Positions 10,123-20,291 of a stretch of 64,000 bases of DNA are shown one piece after another; position 1 is the stretch's first letter; each line of letters starts with the position of its first letter. A model generated the notes under the pieces. It made no database searches and was not told the DNA's origin. It was given only the letters and a program-made list of their open reading frames with translations. The stretch comes from Flavobacteriales bacterium (GTDB lineage: Bacteria > Bacteroidota > Bacteroidia > Flavobacteriales > Flavobacteriaceae), in NCBI GenBank assembly GCA_026996605.1, contig JALWLE010000141.1, forward strand, positions 3,086 through 67,085, written 5' to 3'. The position numbers were made by a program, and so were the translations under genes.

Positions 10123-11895
10123 ATGGATATTAAAAGACTATTCGATTTTGTTCAATATGAAAATGAAACCTACCCACGTGAAGACGCATTAGTAACTAAG
10201 ATGAATGGAAACTGGGTTAAAACATCATCTAAAGAATTTTTTGAAAAAGCTAATCAATTTAGTAGGGGGTTAATTAAATTAGGCGTTCAACCTAATGATA
10301 AAATTGCATTAATATCTCACAACAATCAAACTAAGTGGAATATTAGCGATATAGGTATTTTACAGGTAGGAGCACAGGACGTCCCGGTGTACCCAACTAT
10401 TTCCGAAGATGATTATGAATACATTTTTAATCATGCTGAAGTAAAATATATTATTGTTTCTAATGAAGAAATTTTAGAAAAAGTTAATCATATAAAAAAA
10501 AATATTCCTACATTAAAAGATGTTTTTACGTTTGAATCGATTGAAGGAGAAAGAGCATGGCAAGAGATTTTGGATTTGGGTGCAGATGATTCTTTACAAG
10601 CTGAATTAGATAAAAGAAAAGCTGAAGTAAAAGAAGATGACTTGGCAACAATAATATATACATCAGGAACCACAGGACGTCCAAAAGGGGTTATGTTGTC
10701 TCACAAAAATATTGTCTCGACAGTTATTTCATCATCAAAGCGTGTGCCTAAATTGCCTGATAATGCTCGTTTACTGAGCTTTTTGCCTGCTTGTCATATT
10801 TTTGAGCGTATGATTCAATATTTGTATTATTACAGAGGATTTGGAATTTATTTCGCTGAATCAATTGATAAAATAGGTGATAATATTCGTGAAGTTAAGC
10901 CGCATATGTTTACGGCGGTCCCTCGTTTGATAGAAAAAGTCTATGATAAAATTGTTGCCAAAGGACAAGAATTAACCGGTATCAAAAAAGCTCTCTTTTT
11001 CTGGGCTGTTAAGGTTGGTGAAGAATTTGACTTTAAAAAAGAACATAAATTTCCTTATAGTTTAAAATTAAAATTAGCTCGTAAACTTATTTTTAGTAAA
11101 TGGCGTGAAGCACTTGGTGGAGAATTAATGTATATTGTATCCGGAAGTGCTGCTTTGCAACCGCGTTTGCAAAGAGTGTTTAATGCGGCAACTTTATTTG
11201 TATTAGAGGGTTATGGTTTGACGGAAACATCAGGGGTTGTATCAGTAAATTCTCCAAATGATTTTTGGAAAATAGGTACTGTTGGTCGTCCTATTGATAT
11301 TGTTGAAGTTAAAATTGCTGATGATGGTGAAATTTTGGCAAAAGGACCTAATATGTTAATGGGGTATTATAAAGATCCTGAAAAAACTGCTGAAGTTTTT
11401 ACCGGAGAGTATTTTCATACCGGTGATATAGGCGAATTGGATGCAGATGGTGTTTTAAGAATTACTGATCGAAAAAAAGAAATGTTCAAAACTTCAGGTG
11501 GTAAATACGTAGCTCCGCAATTAATTGAGAATACTATGAAACAATCACCATTTATTGAGCAGATTATGGTTGTTGGTGAAGGACAAAAACTAGTTGCTGC
11601 TTTAATTCAACCGGCATTTCCTTTTATTAAGGAGTGGGCAAGGAGACATCATATTGATGTAGGTGAAACATATGAAGAAATTGCTAATAATCCTAAAGTG
11701 AAAGAACGTGTAATGGAAGAAGTAGAAAAATACAATCAGGGATTTGGTAAGTGGGAAAAAATTAAAATCATTGAACTAACTCCTGATGAGTGGTCTATCG
11801 AAGCAGGACATTTAACGCCTACTATGAAGCTGAAAAGACGTGTTGTCAAAGATATTTACAAAGATTTGTATAACAGAATATATAGTAATCTGTAA
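10123..11895 (+). CDS. Long-chain fatty-acid--CoA ligase (AMP-dependent synthetase)
   Basis: IIYTSGTTGRPKGVMLSH AMP-binding motif, GYGLTETS, TGDIGELD. ATG at 10123 preferred over the TTG at 10087 used by the ORF track. Confidence 0.85.
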   Translation: MDIKRLFDFVQYENETYPREDALVTKMNGNWVKTSSKEFFEKANQFSRGLIKLGVQPNDKIALISHNNQTKWNISDIGILQVGAQDVPVYPTISEDDYEYIFNHAEVKYIIVSNEEILEKVNHIKKNIPTLKDVFTFESIEGERAWQEILDLGADDSLQAELDKRKAEVKEDDLATIIYTSGTTGRPKGVMLSHKNIVSTVISSSKRVPKLPDNARLLSFLPACHIFERMIQYLYYYRGFGIYFAESIDKIGDNIREVKPHMFTAVPRLIEKVYDKIVAKGQELTGIKKALFFWAVKVGEEFDFKKEHKFPYSLKLKLARKLIFSKWREALGGELMYIVSGSAALQPRLQRVFNAATLFVLEGYGLTETSGVVSVNSPNDFWKIGTVGRPIDIVEVKIADDGEILAKGPNMLMGYYKDPEKTAEVFTGEYFHTGDIGELDADGVLRITDRKKEMFKTSGGKYVAPQLIENTMKQSPFIEQIMVVGEGQKLVAALIQPAFPFIKEWARRHHIDVGETYEEIANNPKVKERVMEEVEKYNQGFGKWEKIKIIELTPDEWSIEAGHLTPTMKLKRRVVKDIYKDLYNRIYSNL

Positions 11896-11916
11896 AAATA
11901 AAAAGTACTTTTTACT

Positions 11917-11948
11917 AAAAAACCGTCTCATTACAAGACGGTTTTTTT
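11917..11948. terminator. Bidirectional rho-independent terminator between convergent genes
   Basis: A-run, 8-bp stem aaccgtct/agacggtt with a 7-nt loop, then T7 run. Confidence 0.75.
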
Positions 11949-11963
11949 GTTGAACCTAAAAAT

Positions 11964-12164
11964 TTATTTGACTTCAAAAGTAACTTTTAAATTAACGCGA
12001 TATTCAACAACCGCACCATCTTTTACAACAACACTTTGGTCTTGAACATAAGCTGACTTAATCTCTTTAATAGATTTACTGGCTTTTTTTACTGCTTTGG
12101 CAGTAGCATCTTCCCAAGATTTTTTTGAACTTGACATAAGTTCTACAACTTTTAATACTGACAT
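11964..12164 (-). CDS. Dodecin-family (DUF1458-type) small flavin-binding protein
   Basis: 66 aa. KVVELMSSSKKSWEDA...VEYRVNLKVTFEV matches the dodecin pattern. Confidence 0.7.
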   Translation of the reverse strand: MSVLKVVELMSSSKKSWEDATAKAVKKASKSIKEIKSAYVQDQSVVVKDGAVVEYRVNLKVTFEVK

Positions 12165-12246
12165 AATATTTGTTTTTAGTTTATAAAATCAAATATAAAG
12201 TATTTTTTTTAAATTTGTGAAAATTGATTAAAAATTAATAATTTTT

Positions 12247-13053
12247 TTACAACTTTTCACCACAATTGTAACAAAATTTAGCGTTATCTTTATGGTCGGA
12301 AGCATTACAATTTGAACAAACTTGGGTGTTTAAATCTATTTTCTTTTTGTTAAATTCCGAAGTGACGATTCCGGTTGGAACAGCTATAATACCATAACCG
12401 AGAATCATTAAAACACTTGCTATAAATTGTCCAAATGGTGTGACTGGATGAATGTCGCCATAACCTACTGTCGTCAGGGTAACAATACTCCAATAAACAC
12501 TTACAGGGATGTTATTAAAACCACTGTCTTTTCCTTCTACTATATACATTAATGAACCAAAGATGATGGTAATAAGGATTACTGCAAAAATAAATACCGA
12601 AATTTTAACCCTACTGTTTTTTAATGCTTTTAAGAGTTTGTTAGATTCACCTACATACCTTGAAACTTCTAAAATTTTAAAAACTCTAAGCAATCTAAGT
12701 GAACGTAGAACTATAAGTATATGCGAACCGGCAATTATAAAAGATAAATAAAGAGGTATGGTTGATAAAAAATCTATTATCCCGTAAAAACTAAAAATAT
12801 ATTTTGAAGGGTTTTTGACCGTAATGATTCTGGCTATATATTCTATGGTGAAAAGAATCGTGATAACCCATTCCGTAATATAAAAAAAAGTATGATATTG
12901 GGCATTAATATTATCAACACTTTCCAACATTACCGTTATAACACTGGTTGTGATAAGTATTAAGAGAATAATATCAAAAAGTTTGCCTTCAAAAGTATCA
13001 GCTTCATATATTATTTCATGTAGCTTGACTTTCCAATTCTTTTTTGCTTTCAT
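12247..13053 (-). CDS. Voltage-gated-type K+ channel (ion transport protein) with C-terminal zinc-ribbon
   Basis: TTVGYGD selectivity filter. S4-like LRSLRLLRVFK. C-terminal CSNC...CYNCG. ATG at 13051-13053, because the upstream part of the tracked ORF is antisense to tRNA-Val. Confidence 0.8.
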   Translation of the reverse strand: MKAKKNWKVKLHEIIYEADTFEGKLFDIILLILITTSVITVMLESVDNINAQYHTFFYITEWVITILFTIEYIARIITVKNPSKYIFSFYGIIDFLSTIPLYLSFIIAGSHILIVLRSLRLLRVFKILEVSRYVGESNKLLKALKNSRVKISVFIFAVILITIIFGSLMYIVEGKDSGFNNIPVSVYWSIVTLTTVGYGDIHPVTPFGQFIASVLMILGYGIIAVPTGIVTSEFNKKKIDLNTQVCSNCNASDHKDNAKFCYNCGEKL

Positions 13054-13103
13054 AGTGTAAAAATAAAAAAAATATTTAGTATATTTGCACTTACAAAAAT
13101 AAA

Positions 13104-13178
13104 GGGTTCTTAGCTCAGCTGGTTTAGAGTATCGCCTTGACAGGGCGGGGGTCGCCGGTTCGAACCCGGCAGAACCCA
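13104..13178 (+). tRNA. tRNA-Val (anticodon GAC)
   Basis: 75-nt cloverleaf read by eye. Acceptor GGGTTCT/AGAACCC, D-arm GCTC..GAGT, anticodon stem TCGCC/GGCGG with loop TTGACAG, T-arm GCCGG-TTCGAAC-CCGGC. Confidence 0.9.
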
Positions 13179-13192
13179 CTAAGGAAGTATTT

Positions 13193-14758
13193 TTATAAAA
13201 TGCTTCCTTTTTTTATGACTTCAACAATCCGTTCACCGTCCATAGCTGCCGATACAATGCCACCGGCATACCCGGCACCTTCACCGGCAGGGTATAAATT
13301 GGTTATCTGCGGATGATGTAGTTTCTCAGTTCTTGGAATCTTTATAGGCGATGAAGTCCGTGATTCCACGCCTATAACATTAGCTAGTTCCGTATAAAAA
13401 CCGGGCATTTTTTGTCCGTATGCTTTAAAAGCTTTTCGTAGTTTTTTACCAATTATTTTAGGCAAAATAGAATGTAGCGGCGCCGGTTTTAATCCGGGCT
13501 GATAGGAAGTTTCGTTCAAGCTGTCAGATAAACGTCCTTCAACAAAATCGGTTAAGCGCTGTGCAGGTGCTTGCAGGTTTTTACCTCCGGCTACAAAAGC
13601 CAAGTATTCTAAGTCTTTTTGAAAAGCCAAACCTTTAAATACACCGTATTTCGCATATTTTCCTAAATCTTTATCAACATTAATTTCGACGACTATGCCC
13701 GAATTGGCAAATTTGTTATTGCGTTTCGATGGTGACATACCATTGACAACCACTTCCGATTTTCCGGTTGCAGACGGCACAATAAATCCCCCCGGACACA
13801 TACAAAACGAATAAACACCGCGATCACCGACTTGTTGTACTAAACTGTAAGATGCGGGTGGTAGTAGTTCATCTTTTTGACCGATAGGGCAGTGGTATTG
13901 AATGCTGTCAATCAACTCTTGCGGATGCTCTACTCTTACTCCCATTGCAAAAGATTTAGCTTCCATATAGATTTGTTGTCGGTCAAGTAATTCATAAATA
14001 TCTCTTGCAGAATGACCGGTGGCTAAAATTAGATTATTTACCGGCATTTCCTTATCATCATTGATAATAATTGATTTAATTCGTTGATTTTTAATAGTAA
14101 AGTCAGTCAGTCGGCTATTGAAATGAACTTCACCACCGTATTTTAAGATGGTTTCCCTGATATTTTGCACAACCTTAGGCAGTTTGTCTGTGCCGATATG
14201 CGGGTGTGCATCAATCAATATTTGTGCTTTGGCACCATGATAAACCAAATTTTCGAATATCCGGCGTACATCGCCGCGTTTAAGGCTGCGCGTATAGAGT
14301 TTACCATCCGAATAGGTGCCGGCACCGCCTTCACCAAAACAATAATTGGAATTTTCATCAACAATACGCTCTTGATTAATTAATCTTAAATCTCTGCGTC
14401 GGCTTCTGACATCTTTACCTCGTTCGAAAACAATGGGTTTCAGTCCCAATTCAATAGCGCGCAAAGCGGCAAACATACCAGCCGGACCGAAACCAATAAT
14501 GTGAATGGGTGGGGCATTGGATGCATCATGATAATCAAACCTATAGGTCGATGATTCCGGTGGGATTTCATCGATATAAACAGACACTTTATAATCAAAC
14601 CATATTTGTGGTTTTCGAGCATCGATAGATTTTTTTAAAATTTTGACAGCACTTATTTTTTCTTCCGGTAAAGATAAAAATGCAGCTGCTTTTTGTTGCA
14701 AAATATCCGGTTGACGTGCTTCTTTCAAACTAATCCGTAATCGTATTTCTTGAGCCAT
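13193..14758 (-). CDS. FAD/NAD(P)-binding oxidoreductase (COG2509-like uncharacterised FAD-dependent dehydrogenase)
   Basis: IIGFGPAGMFAA dinucleotide-binding motif. C-terminal LYPAGEGAGYAGGI motif. Confidence 0.75.
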   Translation of the reverse strand: MAQEIRLRISLKEARQPDILQQKAAAFLSLPEEKISAVKILKKSIDARKPQIWFDYKVSVYIDEIPPESSTYRFDYHDASNAPPIHIIGFGPAGMFAALRAIELGLKPIVFERGKDVRSRRRDLRLINQERIVDENSNYCFGEGGAGTYSDGKLYTRSLKRGDVRRIFENLVYHGAKAQILIDAHPHIGTDKLPKVVQNIRETILKYGGEVHFNSRLTDFTIKNQRIKSIIINDDKEMPVNNLILATGHSARDIYELLDRQQIYMEAKSFAMGVRVEHPQELIDSIQYHCPIGQKDELLPPASYSLVQQVGDRGVYSFCMCPGGFIVPSATGKSEVVVNGMSPSKRNNKFANSGIVVEINVDKDLGKYAKYGVFKGLAFQKDLEYLAFVAGGKNLQAPAQRLTDFVEGRLSDSLNETSYQPGLKPAPLHSILPKIIGKKLRKAFKAYGQKMPGFYTELANVIGVESRTSSPIKIPRTEKLHHPQITNLYPAGEGAGYAGGIVSAAMDGERIVEVIKKGSIL

Positions 14759-14763
14759 AATGT

Positions 14764-15513
14764 TTAAAATGTAAGTCGGTAACTGATAAAATATTGCATG
14801 CCGAAACCAAAACTGCTGTATGTATTTCTGTTGAAAAAACCTGGAATATATGTCACCGTAAAATTGTCGATGTCGGAATAATTTATCAAAAATTTGACAC
14901 TGATGTTATAGCCTAAATAGATGTGTTTAAGCGTTTCAACCTGTATTTGTGTAAAAAATTCAAGCCACTGTGCCGTATTGTTGTTAAACGCTTGCTCTAC
15001 AACAACAGGTTCCGGAACAAAGACGGCGCCGGGCTGATTAATCCGGTAGGAGTGAAGCAAGTAGTCAAAACGAGCAAAACCATAATTAATTCCAACGTCA
15101 ATATCATTATCCATGTTTAGCCAATTGTCATATAAATTATACATTAGGCCTATTTTATAATAGTTACCTGATGTATGATAATTGAGCAAATTATTATCTG
15201 TCAAATGTTTTTCATGTCCGTATGAAAGCATCAAATAGTACGTTTTGTAAAAATTGGCATCGATAAAAAAATCATATGATTCGGATTGGTTTAGTTTTGC
15301 CCAAGTATATTTGCCTATGTCAAATCCAAAACGGATTTTGATAGGTTGTTTAGGTTTAATGATGCTATCCTTGATAATACTATCCCTTTTTTGTTGTGCG
15401 GAAAGGGGAGACGAAAACAGCAAAAATATCATTAAAAAAATGATTATTTTAATAAAAATACCGATTTTTAATTCTAAATTTTTAAAAAATTGATATGAAA
15501 AGTTTTTTGTCAT
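14764..15513 (-). CDS. Hypothetical secreted / outer-membrane beta-barrel-like protein
   Basis: Signal peptide, aromatic-rich alternating pattern, terminal F. No assignable family. Confidence 0.45.
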   Translation of the reverse strand: MTKNFSYQFFKNLELKIGIFIKIIIFLMIFLLFSSPLSAQQKRDSIIKDSIIKPKQPIKIRFGFDIGKYTWAKLNQSESYDFFIDANFYKTYYLMLSYGHEKHLTDNNLLNYHTSGNYYKIGLMYNLYDNWLNMDNDIDVGINYGFARFDYLLHSYRINQPGAVFVPEPVVVEQAFNNNTAQWLEFFTQIQVETLKHIYLGYNISVKFLINYSDIDNFTVTYIPGFFNRNTYSSFGFGMQYFISYRLTF

Positions 15514-15534
15514 TAATCGATTTGTTATAAGTAT

Positions 15535-16014
15535 CTAGTGATAAATTTTTAGATGAGTTGTATCATTGACCACATCGTGATTGATAATGTCTATTTGTTT
15601 AATCCAATTGTCGCTGTCATGTTGTAAGTCAACGTCTAAGTTGTGAAAAAGGATTTTGTAGCCACAAGTTTTGGACACAAAAATAGTTTCGCGTGAATAA
15701 TGAAAAATTAAAGTGTCATTGTTGTGTTGTGTTGTAAAAATAAACTCTGATATATCGGCATTGACATTTAAGGGAATTGACAAACCGGCCACTTCCGTTT
15801 CACCTGTCGCCAAAGTGTCTTGTCCGGGTAATGCTATTACATATAATGTATCAACTGATTTTTCAGTAGCATGATTTCCGGCATCAAAAAACTTGATTTG
15901 CAAATCGGGGGTGCCTTCATCAGTGCAAACATCATCTTTACGACATGCGGTTATGCTTATCAAAAGTAAGGATAAAATTAGTATGAAATTTCGAAAAATA
16001 TTTTTTTGATTCAT
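15535..16014 (-). CDS. Hypothetical lipoprotein
   Basis: Signal peptide with lipobox-like SITAC. No assignable family. Confidence 0.5.
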   Translation of the reverse strand: MNQKNIFRNFILILSLLLISITACRKDDVCTDEGTPDLQIKFFDAGNHATEKSVDTLYVIALPGQDTLATGETEVAGLSIPLNVNADISEFIFTTQHNNDTLIFHYSRETIFVSKTCGYKILFHNLDVDLQHDSDNWIKQIDIINHDVVNDTTHLKIYH

Positions 16015-16098
16015 ACGACAAAGATAATCATATTAGATTTAAGGTAAAAGTTGTATTTATCAATTGAACTTATGCTTGCCCAAAAGAAGTTTACTTTA

Positions 16099-16998
16099 TC
16101 AATTCCTTTTTCCAATATATTTTAATATTTTATCCAAGTCATACGCCATATCAAACCACTTGATATCCTGATTTTTCCTAAACCAAGTTAATTGCCTTTT
16201 GGCAAAACGACGCGTGTTTTTTTTTATTTCTGATATAGCAAAATCTAAATCGTATTGACCGTCAAAATATTGAAACAATTCTCGATACCCAACGGTTTGT
16301 AAGGCATTTTGTTCTCTGTAAGGATATAGTTTTTTAGCTTCGTCAATCAGCCCTTGTGCTACCATAACATCAACACGACGGTTGATACGGTTGTATAAAG
16401 TCGTTCTCTCTCCGGTTAGTCCTATATAGATGGTTTTAAAATCACGTGTGGTTTTTTGTTGATATAAATCAGCCATCTTTTTGCCGTTGGCTTGCCGTAA
16501 AATTTCTATGGCTCTAATCAAACGGTGTGGATTAAGTATATCAATTTTTTGATAATAATCAGAGTCAAGAGCTTGTAATTGTTTTTGTAAACTTTCAATA
16601 CCGTTTTTTTTTAAATCAATGGCTAATTCTTGTCTGATTTTTTCGTTTTTATTCGGTAATTTATCTAGTCCTTTACAAGCTGCATCAATATATAACCCAC
16701 TACCACCTACCAGTATTAAAGTATCTTTGGTTTGAAAAAGTTTTTTAGTCAGTTTTAAGAAATCATCTTCATAGTCGCCTACGTTATAATCTTCAAAAAT
16801 AGATTTGTTTTGAATAAAATAATGTTTTGCAACAGCTAGTTCGTCCGGTTCCGGCACAGCGGTTCCTATGCGCATCTCTTTATAAAATTGTCGTGAGTCA
16901 GCCGAAATAATTTCGGTATTAAGTGCTTGTGCCAGTTTGATACTCAGTGCGGTTTTTCCCGATGCAGTCGGTCCTATAATAGCGATAATACGTTTCAT
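16099..16998 (-). CDS. miaA: tRNA dimethylallyltransferase
   Basis: IIGPTASGKT P-loop, DSRQFYKEMRIGTA, and RRFAKRQLTWFR near the C-terminus. Confidence 0.9.
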   Translation of the reverse strand: MKRIIAIIGPTASGKTALSIKLAQALNTEIISADSRQFYKEMRIGTAVPEPDELAVAKHYFIQNKSIFEDYNVGDYEDDFLKLTKKLFQTKDTLILVGGSGLYIDAACKGLDKLPNKNEKIRQELAIDLKKNGIESLQKQLQALDSDYYQKIDILNPHRLIRAIEILRQANGKKMADLYQQKTTRDFKTIYIGLTGERTTLYNRINRRVDVMVAQGLIDEAKKLYPYREQNALQTVGYRELFQYFDGQYDLDFAISEIKKNTRRFAKRQLTWFRKNQDIKWFDMAYDLDKILKYIGKRN

Positions 16999-17407
16999 AT
17001 TAACCGTTTGTTTTTCCCTTTATATTTTCTTACTTATTAGTCCTTGTTATAGATTAATGAGATTAGCTAATTAAGTGATAAAATATATATTATTTTGTTG
17101 TTTTCTTGTTGTCGTTGATATTCAGAGCTTTAAGTTTTTCTATTCTTGCTTTTTCCCTAACTTATTGATAGATAATATTAAAATTTCCTTATGATTTAAG
17201 ATTTATTTAGTAAAATATAAGTATAAAAAGTTTTGTAAACAGGCGATAAAAATACGGTTTTTTAATTAAATAAATTCTTTTTACTTTATCAACTAATTAC
17301 GAAACAATTGTTACATTATTTTTATTTAGAATGAATATAATTTATAAATTTGTTAACAATCTTCTAAAAACCTGATATTTTTCATAAAAATAACTTTCTC
17401 TATCTGG

Positions 17408-17415
17408 TATTTTTG
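17408..17415 (+). promoter_or_regulatory. Candidate Bacteroidota -7 box (TAnnTTTG) for the 13-gene cluster
   Basis: tatttttg lies 20 nt upstream of ATG 17435, within a 436-bp AT-rich divergent region. No clear -33 TTTG seen. Confidence 0.25.
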
Positions 17416-17434
17416 AGATGAAAATATTGCAAAT

Positions 17435-17953
17435 ATGTCAGCAAAAACTATTTCTCCAAGTCGTTATTTTTATACATTTTTTATAGTTTTTTTGATTTGG
17501 TATGCCTTTACGACTTCGTTACAACCTGCTGAAATCATAACCGGCATAGTTTTGAGTTTGGTGGTGGCATACATCACGGTAGTTAATTTTGATTGTTGCG
17601 ACCCGATTTTGATAACGCCGTCACACATTATATATTTTATCCAATACTTTTTAGTGTTTTTGGTAGCTTTGGTCAAAGCAAACTTTGATGTTGCCAAACG
17701 AGTTATTAATCCGAAATTACCAATCAATCCGGGTATTGTAAGCTTTGAGACTAAATTAAAAAATAATTTTGCAAAAATGGTTTTAGCTAATAGTATCACC
17801 TTAACCCCCGGAACCTTAACAATTGATGTAGTGGATGATAAATTTTATATACATTGGATAGACGTAACAACCGAAAATAAAGACGAAATTTATAAAGAAA
17901 TAGCCGAACCTTTTGAAAAGGTTTTGTTGAAGATATATGGCAGTAGCAAGTAG
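17435..17953 (+). CDS. MrpE/MnhE (MbxA-position) subunit of Mrp-type cation:proton antiporter module
   Basis: ANFDVAKRVINP...PGIV...LANSITLTPGTLTIDV...YIHWIDV matches the MnhE signature. The stop TAG lies inside a repeat. Confidence 0.8.
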   Translation: MSAKTISPSRYFYTFFIVFLIWYAFTTSLQPAEIITGIVLSLVVAYITVVNFDCCDPILITPSHIIYFIQYFLVFLVALVKANFDVAKRVINPKLPINPGIVSFETKLKNNFAKMVLANSITLTPGTLTIDVVDDKFYIHWIDVTTENKDEIYKEIAEPFEKVLLKIYGSSK

Positions 17954-18200
17954 AGACTAATTGTAATTCGTCTCTGTGAAAAGTGCAAATGTAGAGACGC
18001 ACGGTTGTGCGTCTGATGCGGAAAATTTGAAGAGACGTTTTGGCAAAACGTCTGAATTGAAAAATGAAAATGAAAAATTGACAATGTAGAGACGTTGCAC
18101 CGCAACGTCTGAAAAATCTAAAATCTGAAATGAATAATACATCGGACATCCGACATCAGATAACCAGTATCATCAGATAACCAAGTAACCAAATAATCAA
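17950..18200 (+). repeat. REP/BIME-like mosaic at junction 1
   Basis: Four GTAG(or GAAG)AGACG...CGTCT hairpins at 17950-17975, 17991-18018, 18029-18056 and 18086-18114. These are followed by AAATTGA/AAATCTG/ACATCSG heptamer tracts and a CA-rich AAATAACC-type tract (18158-18200) that ends at ATG 18201. Confidence 0.9.
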
Positions 18201-18458
18201 ATGAACATAGTAATATACATAGCAATTGTTTTAATCAGCATAGGTAGTTTTTTAGCTTTTATGCGTTTTGTAAAAGGACCTACGGCAGCCGACAGGGCTA
18301 TTGCCCTCGATACACTTTCGGTTATTGGAATAGCCGGATTGGTCTTATTGGGCTATTTATTTCAACGATACATTTATATCGATTTAGCACTAGTATATGC
18401 CGTTTTGGGATTTATTGGCACTATCGTGATTGCACGTTATATCGAAAAAGCATTGTAA
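18201..18458 (+). CDS. MrpF/MnhF-like subunit
   Basis: 85 aa, 3 TM. RFVKGPTAADRAIALDT motif. Confidence 0.8.
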   Translation: MNIVIYIAIVLISIGSFLAFMRFVKGPTAADRAIALDTLSVIGIAGLVLLGYLFQRYIYIDLALVYAVLGFIGTIVIARYIEKAL

Positions 18459-18823
18459 TGGATACATTAAATAATATATTGGAATACATCGGACTGTTTT
18501 TTGTGCTACTGGGCAGTATTTTTCTGTTTCTCGGTGCATTGGGAATTTATCGTATGCCCGATTTGTACAACCGCCTGCAAGCCGGCACCAAAGCATCTAC
18601 ATTAGGTGCGATGAGTATGGTTTTGGGAATAGGACTGATGCAACCCGGTTGGCTGATTAAACTTATCGTGATAATTCTGTTTATCGGGATATCCAATCCT
18701 TTGAGTTCACATGCCTTGGCAAGAGCATCGTACAAGAGTGGTATTCGTCCGTTTTTTAAGAAGAAGGTAGATGATTATGAGGAAGAAGTTGAAAGTGAGA
18801 AGGGAAAAATGGAAAGTGTGTAG
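18458..18823 (+). CDS. MrpG/MnhG-like subunit
   Basis: GALGIYRMPDLYNRLQAGTKASTLG motif. ATGA overlap with the preceding gene. Confidence 0.8.
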   Translation: MDTLNNILEYIGLFFVLLGSIFLFLGALGIYRMPDLYNRLQAGTKASTLGAMSMVLGIGLMQPGWLIKLIVIILFIGISNPLSSHALARASYKSGIRPFFKKKVDDYEEEVESEKGKMESV

Positions 18824-18845
18824 AGACGAATTGCAATTCGTCTCT
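18820..18845 (+). repeat. Single GTAG-footed REP-like hairpin (class 1) at junction 2
   Basis: gTAGagacgaattgcaattcgtctct. Its TAG is the stop codon of the MrpG-like gene. Confidence 0.85.
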
Positions 18846-18895
18846 TGTGAAAAGTGACAAAATGTAAATAGGAAGAAAAAGTAGTAAGCATTGCT

Positions 18896-18990
18896 GTCAT
18901 TTCGACAGAGCGACGTTAGGAGCGACGAGAAATCTCAAAATTATAAATTTGAAATAAACAAATAGATTTCTCACTGTGTTCGAAATGACA
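18896..18990. repeat. Second repeat family ('X' element): inverted half-sites GTCATTYCGA...GAGRAATCTC / AGATTTCTCAC...TCGAAATGAC
   Basis: The two arms are separated by 27 nt. Copies also occur at 24545-24618 and 28995-29066. Confidence 0.8.
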
Positions 18991-19018
18991 AAAAAATCAA
19001 TTAACAAAAAATAATAAA

Positions 19019-19294
19019 ATGGCTTTAATCTTATTTTTAATAGTAATGGCAATCATATTAATCGCAGCGGCAATCTATGCAGTGATGCAAAAAGATTTAT
19101 TGTATGCCGTTTTGGCAACGGGTATTATCAGCGTGGTACTATCCGTGTTTTTTTATCTGTTGCAGGCACCTGATGTGGCTATCACCGAAGCTGCAATAGG
19201 CATTGCTTTAACAACGATAATTTTTATCATTACCATACGAAATACATCACGAAATGAAGAGGAATACAGTGAGGATCATATCAAGAAGTTTTAA
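19019..19294 (+). CDS. MbhD/MrpB-N-terminal-like (DUF4040-type) small membrane subunit
   Basis: 91 aa, 3 TM. LQAPDVAITEAAIG motif typical of MbhD/MnhB N-terminal domain. Confidence 0.7.
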   Translation: MALILFLIVMAIILIAAAIYAVMQKDLLYAVLATGIISVVLSVFFYLLQAPDVAITEAAIGIALTTIIFIITIRNTSRNEEEYSEDHIKKF

Positions 19295-19309
19295 GTGGAA
19301 AATGCGAAC

Positions 19310-19528
19310 GTAGAGATGCACAATTGTGCGTCTGATGTAGAGACGAATTGCAATTCGTCTCTGTGAAAAATGCGAATGTAGAGACGCACGGTCGTGCGTC
19401 TGATGCGGAAAATTCGTAGAGACGTTTTGGTAAAACGTCTGAATAAAAAATTGTAAATGTAAAATTGATAATGTAGAGACGTTGCACCGCAACGTCTAAA
19501 ATCGAAAATCTGAAATCTGAAATCTGAA
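19310..19528 (+). repeat. REP/BIME-like mosaic at junction 3
   Basis: Five hairpins at 19310-19337, 19337-19362, 19378-19405, 19416-19444 and 19473-19497. An (AAATCTG)n tract then runs directly into ATG 19529. Confidence 0.9.
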
Positions 19529-20248
19529 ATGAAAAAATACATCATATTCATATTAATTGCCATATTGGGTTTGACATTAGCGCAGACCTTTAAAGCCATT
19601 CCTTTTGGAGCGGATAGACGTGGCGATTTGGAAAATCCGGATAAAGTAGCAGCATATTATTTAAAAGAATCACCGGAAACTTTGCAAACGGCTAATTCCA
19701 TTACGGCTATCGTTGTGAATTTCAGGGGGTTTGACACATTAGGCGAAGTAACCGTTTTGTTTTTAGCAGCAACTGGATTAGCAAGTATTTTATATCGAAA
19801 AGAAGAAGAAGATGAAGAGGAAGTAGAACGCGTTCGTTTGCCATCATCAAGTTTGGTACGAACAGGTGCCAAAATCTTATTTCCGTTGATGTTATTGTTG
19901 GGAATTTACGTGTTTGTACACGGACATTTAACACCGGGTGGAGGATTTCAAGGAGGCGCCATTATTGCTACCGGATTTTTGTTGATGCTGATAACCTATA
20001 AGCATTTTGAAACCAATCACAAGGTAATGGTTTGGCTTGAAAGTTTGGCCGGCTTGGCATTTGTAGCAGTCGGGCTTTACGGTTTGTTTGCCTATGGGTC
20101 GTTTTTGCAAAATACACATTCCGTCGGCACGCTGAACGATTTAATCAGTGGAGGCTTAATTCCTTTAATTTATATTTTTATCGGAATTAAAGTCGGCACG
20201 GAATTGACGAATATTTTGGATATTTTGTTGAAGATTAAAAAAAGCTGA
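19529..20248 (+). CDS. MrpB/MnhB-like subunit
   Basis: NSITAIVVNFRGFDTLGEVTVLF signature, followed by TM helices. Confidence 0.8.
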   Translation: MKKYIIFILIAILGLTLAQTFKAIPFGADRRGDLENPDKVAAYYLKESPETLQTANSITAIVVNFRGFDTLGEVTVLFLAATGLASILYRKEEEDEEEVERVRLPSSSLVRTGAKILFPLMLLLGIYVFVHGHLTPGGGFQGGAIIATGFLLMLITYKHFETNHKVMVWLESLAGLAFVAVGLYGLFAYGSFLQNTHSVGTLNDLISGGLIPLIYIFIGIKVGTELTNILDILLKIKKS

Positions 20249-20291
20249 CGCTTTTTTAGTGCGAAGTGGAAAGCGATAAAGTGGAAAGTGC

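Noticed and set aside
13054-13179. N-terminal 42 aa (MGSAGFEPATPALSRRYSKPAELRTL...) of the tracked ORF 12247-13179.
   Set aside because: This part is the antisense translation of tRNA-Val (13104-13178). The K+ channel most plausibly starts at the ATG at 13053.
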